DNA of 64,000 nt from Chrysemys picta bellii. Its lineage: Eukaryota. The notes below the pieces were generated by a model. The model was not told the origin of the DNA. It made no database searches and worked only from the letters and a program-made list of their open reading frames with translations. The stretch is from assembly GCF_011386835.1 (NCBI RefSeq), contig NC_088806.1, forward strand, positions 22,630,001-22,694,000, in the 5' to 3' direction. Each line of letters opens with the position of its first letter. Position 1 is the first letter of the stretch. Shown here piece by piece: positions 57,001-64,000 of the stretch. The position numbers were made by a program, and so were the translations under genes.

Positions 57001-60000
57001 CATTCTGCATTGATTCATTGGGAGGCACGGCTGATGCTTGTAATGCCACAGTGGGTCAGTGCAGATAACAGGGCTCAGAGATACTGGACTGTGAACAATA
57101 ATTACTACAATGTTTAAAATTGGTCCTGAGTATTAAAGAAGTGAGGAGGTTTGCAGCCTCCTTCCCCATCCTCTGAAAGCATCCGCTCTTCTCCTGCTTT
57201 TCCAGCATCTACAGGCCTGACCGAGGAGCAGAAGGAATTCCAAAAGGTCGCCTTTGACTTTGCTGCTAAGGAGATGGCCCCTCACATGGCAGAATGGGAT
57301 GAAAAGGTGAGAGCACAGGCCAGGTGCCAGCCCACAAAAGGGATGCTTCACCCAACACCCTCTCCTCCCTCAGGACTCCTCTTGCCTGCATTAACGGGCT
57401 AGTCATTTCTTTTCTTTCTCCTCCCCAGCCCCCCCCCCCCCCCAGCATCCCCCTTACCCCAGCCCTGCAGGTAGTGGTGTCTTCAGTAGCTCCTTCCCTC
57501 TTGCTTAGTGCTGTGATCGTGACAGTGGAAAGATTTCCTTTAGGGATGCTGATGCAGTGGCACCCTGCTGCCATCAGTGACCCCAGCAGGCAGCACAGAG
57601 AAGTCAGAAAACCTGCACCTGCTCCCTGATCTACCTAGATGCCTACCTATCCACTTAAACTTGGAAGTTCAGAACTGGGCTTAATGGTTCATCTTCACTG
57701 GAAGCTGATCTTGCTCTTAATCTCTTGCGATACCTTTTTTCCCTTTGTGCCTCCAATAGGAAATATTCCCCGTGGAGACAATGCGGAAGGCAGCCCAGCT
57801 GGGGTTCGGTGGGATCTATGTGAAACCAGATGTAGGTGGCTCAGGACTGTCACGGCTTGATACCTCCATCATCTTTGAGGCTTTGTCTACAGGATGTACC
57901 AGCACCACTGCCTACTTGAGCATCCATAAGTGAGTGTGGGACAACTGGCTAAGCATCTGTGGTCAGTCTGGCTGAATAATACTCTTACTATGAACACTGG
58001 GACTCTTAATCCTGTCATCTTACAGCTTTCAGGGGTGCCATTCATTACAGAATCATTGAAATGTAGGGCTAGAATGGACCTCAAGAGGTCATCAAGTCCA
58101 GCTCCCTGTGCTGGGGCAGGATCAAGAAAACCTAGTCCATCCCTGACAGGTGTTTATTTAACCTGTTCTTAAAAACCTCCAATGATGGGGATTCCATGAC
58201 CTCCCTTGAAAGCCTATTCCAAAGCTTAGCTACCCTTATGGTTAGAATTTTTTTCCTAATCTCTAACCTAAATCTCCCTTGCTATAGATTAAGCCCATAC
58301 TTCTTGACCTACCTTCAGTGGATATGGAGAACAATTGGTCACAGTCCTTTCTGTAACAGCCCTTAATATATTTGAAAACTCCTATCAGCTCCCCCTTCAG
58401 CCTTCTTTTCTCAAGACTAAACTTGCCCAGTTTTTTTAGCCTTTCCTCATAGGTTAGATTTTCCAAACCTTTTATCATTTTTGTTGCTCTCCTCTGGATT
58501 CTTTCCCATTTGGCCACATCTTTCCTAAAGTGTGGCACCAGAACTGGACACAGTACTCCAGCTCAAGCCTCACCAGTGCCGGACAGAATCGGACAGTTAC
58601 TTCCCATGTCCTACATACAATACTCCTGTTAATATAGCCCAGAATGATGATATTAGCCCTTTTTGCAAACTGCATCACATCGCTACTCATATTCGATTTG
58701 TGATCCACTATAACCCCCAGATCCTTTTCAGCAGAACTACCAACGAGGCTGTTATTCCTCATTTTGTAATTGTGAATTTGATTTTTCCTTCCTAAGTGTA
58801 GTACTTTTCACTTGTCTGTATTGAATTTCATCATGTAAGGATGTAATGTAGGGACCATTAGTTGGCATATGGGGCATGGCTGGTTACTTTTAGCAATCAG
58901 GCTGCAGTCCCTCGGACACCGGAACGAATCATTCCTATTCACAAGGAAATAATTTTAGCCTAGTGATGTGAGCAGAGGGCTGGAGCTGGGAACTTTTGGG
59001 TTCTGTTCCTAGCTCTGTCGTTGATTTAGTATATAGCCAAGGGCAAATCCCTTAAATGCTCTGTGCCTCGGCTACCCCATCTCTAAACTGATTTATTTAT
59101 TGTGGCAATATCCCGGTTAAGATCAGGGTCCCATTGCACTAGATGATGTACCAATACATAGTAAGAGTCAGCCTTTTCCTTGTAGGGCATGGGAATAATA
59201 TTTACACCTCCCTCTCAGTAGTAGTATTGTAACAATAATTTTGTAAAAAGAAGAACAGGAGGACTTGTGGCACCTTAGAGACTAACAAATTTATTAGAGC
59301 ATAAGCTTTCGTGGACTACAGCCCACTTCTTCGGATGCATATAGAATGGAACATATATTGAGGAGATATATATACACACAGACAGAGAGCATAAACAGGT
59401 GGGAGTTGTCTTACCACCTCTGAGAGGCCAATTAATTAAGAGAAAACAAACTTTTGAAGTGATAATCAAGCTAGCTCAGTACAGACAGTTAGATAACAAG
59501 TGTGAGAATACTTACAAGGGGAGATAGATTCAATGTTTGTAATGGCTCAGCCATTCCCAGTCTTTATTCAAACCGGAGTTGATTGTGTCTAGTTTGCATA
59601 TCAATTCTAGCTCAGCAGTTTCTCGTTGGAGTCTGTTTTTGAAGTTTTTCTGTTGTAATATAGCCACCCGCAGGTCTGTCACTGAATGACCAGACAGGTT
59701 AAAGTGTTCTCCCACTGGTTTTTGAGTATTTTGATTCCTGATGTCAGATTTGTGTCCATTAATTCTTTTGCGTAGAGACTGTCCGGTTTGGCCAATGTAC
59801 ATGGCAGAGGGGCATTGCTGGCACATGATGGCATATATCACATTGGTAGATGTGCAGGTGAACGAGCCCCTGATGGTATGGCTGATGTGATTAGGTCCTA
59901 TGATGATGTCACTGGAATAGATATGTGGACAGAGTTGGCATCGGGGTTTGTTACAAGGATAGGTTCCTGGGTTAGTGGTTTTGTTCAGTGATGTGTGGTT

Positions 60001-63000
60001 GCTGGTGAGTATTTGCTTTAGGTTCGGGGGTTGTCTGTAAGCGAGGACAGGTCTGTCTCCCAAGATCTGTGAGAGTAAAGGATCATCTTTCAGGATAGGT
60101 TGTAGATCTCTGATGATGCGCTGGAGAGGTTTTAGTTGGGGGCTGAAGGTGACAGCTAGTAGTGTTCTGTTATTTTCTTTGTTGGGCCTGTCTTGTAGGA
60201 GGTGACTTCTGGGTACTCGTCTGGCTCTGTCAATCTGTTTTTTCACTTCAGCAGGTGGGTATTGTAGTTTTAAGAATGCTTGATAGAGATCTTGTAGGTG
60301 CTTGTCTCTATCCGAAGAAGTGGGCTGTAGTCCACGAAAGCTTATGCTCTAATAAATTTGTTAGTCTCTAAGGTGCCACAAGTCCTCCTGTTCTTCTTTT
60401 TGCGGATACAGACTAACACGGCTGCTACTCTGAAACTTTTCAATAATTTTGTAGAACTCTAAACTCTTTAGAAGGGAAAATGAATTAGATTGTAAACTCT
60501 TTGGAGCAGAGATCATTTTTTGTTCCATTTGTATAGTGCCTAGCACAGTGGGGTTCTGGTCCACGATTGGGACTCCTAGGCACTACTGCAATATTAATAC
60601 TCATATAATTCTCTCCATACCCTTTTTACAGATGCTAAGGCACACAAAGAGGCAGTGACTTGTCCAAGCTCTCACACTGAGTCGGTGGCAGAGTTGAGAA
60701 TAGAATGCAGCTCTCCTGACTCTCAGCCCTGTACGCTGATTCCAAGAAGCTTTATGAAGTTTAAGACCCTGAGCCAGTCCCTGTGGCGTGTAGTTGCTTT
60801 GTTCAGTTTCAGTGGGGGATGGTGTCTGTCTCCTAGGCTAGGTTAGATTAGCTCCGGAAGAGGCTGAAAACCTCCAAACCTCCAAACCTCCACGCCAGTG
60901 GCATGAGCGTTCTATGATCATCCTTCTTCCTAGGCCTGTGCTTGTATGCATGCATTATAACCCCATCCCTTCTCTCCTGATGCAGCATGTGTGCTTGGAT
61001 GATTGACACCTTTGGGAGCGAGGAACAGAGACACAAGTTCTGCCCATCCCTCTGTAGCATGGAGAAGTTAGCCTCTTACTGCCTGACCGAGCCGGGTGAG
61101 CTTCATGTACAGATAATTCCATCCCCTTCCTGTCCTGAGTCCCAGCAATGTTGTGTCAGTCACTCTCATTCTCAAATGTTCCAGGGAACTGGAAGTGAAA
61201 CTCCATCTCCTGTTGCTCTGAGCTCTCCAGATCTCCATGTGGCTTGTGCTTTAGAGTATCAATGTAGCAAGGGCTGGTACCTCAATGGGGCATATCTCAT
61301 GATGCTGACAGTCTTCTCCACTTAGCATACAGCAGTGGTGGGAAGGGCAAGGAGAAGTGCTGTGATTCACTGAGAGAAGTGAGGAGCTGAAGGTACAAAA
61401 GGGTCCCTTGGTCGGGTGTGGAGGGATACACACAATTTTGCAGAATATGCAACAAAACTAGACCCACTTTGACTGGCCTGCAGCTCCTGTTTTCAAGGCT
61501 GGTTAAACAAAATGGATAAATACTGCGGTAAGAGGGTGGATCTCTGTCCAGGGCACTTTAATAAATAAATCCACACAGATCTGACATCTCTAGTTTAAAG
61601 CCATGGGCAGTCAGGATCCCACATGAGCTGGAAGAGACCTGTTCCTCAGCCCATGATGATGTGGTTGACCATCCTGGACTGTTTAGCTCTAGAGGATAAA
61701 TTGAGCTCGGGAGCAAGGGGGCACAGCCCCCATTGAGGTCAGTAGGAGTTATACTCTCTGGGTCCAGGGATGCATTTGGCCCTGAGTCTGACTCCTCATC
61801 ATTGTGAGTAAACACACAATCTGTGGAGGAGAAAGGCAGCCTTGCCATCTCATTGGCTCCTTTCCTTCCCCACTAACAGGAAGTGGAAGTGATGCAGCTT
61901 CCTTGATAACGTCAGCCAAAAGGAAAGGTGACACCTACATCCTTAATGGTTCCAAGGTACCAACTTTTCTCGCCTTGAAAACCCCTGAGCACCCTGCATG
62001 TATGAGAGGGTCGTTGCCATATCTCTCTGACCCCCCCACTCACCCTCTCATCTCTGCTTCTTCCTCTTGGCTTGTAGAACTGGAGATATCCCATTATTTC
62101 ACATCGTCTCCAGTTGCTTCTCCCAGGGCAGGCTCGTTCCCCGCAGTGTATTCTCTAGGGCTTGGTTCAGTTCTGTTTTACATGTCCCTTGGTGGTGGGG
62201 CATCCGCCTCTTCCCTTGGAGATGCTGTTCCCAGCCCAGTAAATCGCACTGCTGGGAAGCCCTGCCTGATGCTGAACTTCCTCCTGCTACTCCTAGCTCT
62301 ACCCCACCTCTCCCCGGAATTTCTGCACACCTAACGACCAGTAACTGGAGATGGTTATTCTGCCCCCTTCTGTCCCTCCAACCCCAATTTGCTAGGCTAC
62401 ACCTATTCAGCTTGTGATTTCACCCCATAAACCAATCCCTCAAGCCCGCCCCTTGCTTCTGTCTCCTTGTCTCTCCTCCCCTCTGCCTTCCTCCTCCTCC
62501 AGCTCTCTGATCCCCTCGCCCTCCTCTCAGCTTCTCTGCCCTTGGATCACCACACAAGACACCTAACTCCCTTTCAGCATATGGTGCCCAGTGGAGATTC
62601 TCTCCTGCTTCCCAGGCTCTGGGCGTGAACTCCCTGTGTGCTAATTCTATCTCCTTTCCTGTGCCCTTTGCCAGGCCTTCATCAGTGGCGGTGGCGACAC
62701 AGATGTGTACGTGGTCATGTGTCGCACAGGAGGGTCTGGCCCCAAGGGCATCTCCTGCCTGGTGCTGGAGAAAGGAACTCCAGGGCTCAGCTTTGGCAAG
62801 AAAGAGAGGAAGGTGAGAGACCCACACACCATCAGGGTGTGCGGGGGGAACACGGCAGAGGCAGGCCAGACTGGAGTAGACCACTAGCGATCCCATGTCT
62901 GATCAGATAGCAGGCCCATCCAGCCCTTAGGTACTGGGTGAGACAGCTGGACCATTCTAGTTTGCTATCCTGCTTCCTCACTGCACCATAGCCCCAGATA

Positions 63001-63891
63001 ATCCAGTGTCCTGACCCGGGGCAGCATTGAGGCACACGGTATGGGGAAACCTTGCACTGCCACTGCTCATGCTGTATCTGCTGCGTGGATAGGTGGAGGG
63101 CTTTAATCTCCAGGTCTGTCAAGCCAGCACCAGATACAGATTCACTGGATCTGGACTTTTCCTGTAGACATTTGCATTTCAATTTCTAGTGGATTGAGTT
63201 GCTCGTGAAGTTGAAGGGCTCCTCAAACTAATCAGGGTTATGTATGGTGCAGACAGCCCCTGTGCAAGCTTCACACGCGCCTGACCCTCAACCCTCACCA
63301 GCAGCATTGCTGAAGCTCAGTCCTGACCCCTTGGCTAAGCTAGTAATGGGGTCTCTCCCGAGCAGAGACTCCCAGGCTGCATGGTGCTTTGCATGTGGAC
63401 TACAGAGCTTTGGAGGTCACTAAACTCGTGATCCAGGTGTCTGGAGGTACAAATCCAGCGAACTAAAACTGAGCCACCTAAACTGTCCTGAAAGTTACTA
63501 TCAAAATCCAGCTGAAAGGGGCAATGCACGTGTAAACCTTTAGTTCAGAAAGGCTAGAGGGGTATCTGAACAGACTCCTCTTCACTGCAGAATCTGAAGG
63601 GTACCCCACTCTGTGTCACGGAGTCTGCGTTAGAGGCGCGCTCCTTCACAATCCTGGCAGTGGAGGGAGAGAGCAGCGACAGACCTGTTATTTCTCCAGC
63701 GGAGAGCTGGATGTGCCCAGCCCTCCAGTCTGTGAGATACTCCTGTCTTTCCCAGGTGGGCTGGAACTCCCAGCCGACTCGGGCCGTGATCTTCGAGGAC
63801 TGTGCTATTCCCGTGGTCAACCGGCTGGGCGCAGAGGGGCAGGGCTTCGGCATCGCCATGAAGGGCCTGAATGGAGGGAGGATCAACATTG
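53820..63891 (+). CDS. ACAD8: Isobutyryl-CoA dehydrogenase, coding exons 1-7 (3' part beyond the right window edge)
   Basis: Exons 53820-53919, 57206-57306, 57760-57929, 60986-61095, 61880-61956, 62675-62812, 63756-63891. N-terminal Arg-rich transit-like peptide. [64 protein letters not shown] match ACAD8. Confidence 0.97.
54130..54428 (+). mobile_element. Old CR1 LINE 3' end
   Basis: [28 protein letters not shown] resembles the CR1 ORF2 C-terminus. Ends gactagatgatctttgcagtcccttctaaccccatgattcta. Confidence 0.65.
55064..56472 (-). mobile_element. Penelope-like element, 5'-truncated (RT C-half + GIY-YIG), decayed
   Basis: 12-bp TSD ttatgtcacata (55052-55063, 56473-56484). Minus-strand YIDDIFIIW...HFLDTTV...LYRKPTD and [18 protein letters not shown]. 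Premature TGA near 56074 and a 2-bp insertion near 55910. Confidence 0.92.
55150..55189 (-). ncRNA. Putative minimal type I hammerhead ribozyme in the Penelope pLTR
   Basis: RNA GCAU-CCGAAGA-A-GUGGG(AUGUAG)CCCAC-GAAA-GCU-U-AUGC: hammerhead-like core, stem II, palindromic stem III and 4-bp stem I. Confidence 0.6.
58048..58832 (-). mobile_element. CR1 LINE 3' fragment
   Basis: ORFs 58263-58538 and 58475-58762 give CR1 ORF2 C-terminal peptides ([46 protein letters not shown]). Confidence 0.88.
59299..59338 (-). ncRNA. Putative minimal type I hammerhead ribozyme in the Penelope pLTR
   Basis: RNA GCAU-CCGAAGA-A-GUGGGC(UGUA)GUCCAC-GAAA-GCU-U-AUGC; 6-bp stem II with tetraloop. Confidence 0.65.
59530..60246 (-). 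pseudogene. C-terminal fragment of the Penelope ORF (RT thumb/linker + GIY-YIG endonuclease)
   Basis: 238 codons without a stop: [64 protein letters not shown]. No true start (5'-truncated). Confidence 0.88.
60310..60347 (+). ncRNA. Hammerhead-like motif in the inverted pLTR, stem I truncated
   Basis: Same core on the + strand, but the 5' arm of stem I is cut by the inversion junction (2 bp plus a G-U pair remain). Confidence 0.4.
60470..60735 (-). mobile_element. Ancient MIR/CORE-type SINE remnant(s)
   Basis: gtaaactctttggagcaga...agtgcctagcacagtggg and ctttttacagatgctaaggcacac...gtgacttgtccaag motifs. Confidence 0.5.
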
Positions 63892-64000
63892 GTAAGCCTG
63901 GCAGCTGAGAGCAAGGGGAAGGGAGGGGGCTGTGTCTCCTCACTGTTAGTCTAGTGTGGTGGCTGTCATGTAATAGTCACTCTGTGCCCTTGGCTTCCCC

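Larger units (their letters stand above)
59246..60440 (-). mobile_element. Penelope-like element, 5'-truncated, with inverted pLTR at the 5' end
   Basis: 13-bp TSD caataattttgta (59233-59245, 60441-60453). Perfect 92-bp inverted repeat 59245-59336 / 60310-60401. Open GIY-YIG-containing frame at 59530-60246. Confidence 0.93.

Noticed and set aside
228-63891. Minor-spliceosome (U12) or non-canonical introns in the four genes
   Set aside because: All traced introns are GT-AG, and none has a GTATCCT-type donor.

Overview
Vertebrate genomic DNA, almost certainly from a turtle. This is inferred from the tortoise-type tRNA/CR1-tail SINE and the turtle-type CR1, Harbinger and Penelope repeats. The window holds the conserved block NCAPD3(-) <-> VPS26B(+) -><- THYN1(-) <-> ACAD8(+), with two CpG-island bidirectional promoters. 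I traced all exons by eye with GT-AG boundaries and consistent phases: NCAPD3 exons 1-19 (the gene runs off the left edge), complete VPS26B (336 aa), complete THYN1 (240 aa) and ACAD8 exons 1-7 (runs off the right edge). The most unusual region is VPS26B intron 2. A 3' fragment of an RLE-type (Utopia-like) non-LTR element is interrupted by a hAT MITE and by an apparently intact 4,854-bp PIF/Harbinger transposon. Besides the expected transposase and spliced Myb/SANT gene, this Harbinger appears to carry a third small spliced gene. It is nested antisense inside the Myb intron, has its own polyA signal, and its product has a BEN-domain-like pattern. ACAD8 introns hold two Penelope-like insertions with TSDs and minimal hammerhead-ribozyme-like motifs. 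NCAPD3 intron 1 holds a ~2.1-kb G-rich minisatellite. All family assignments come from recalled sequence patterns; no searches were run.
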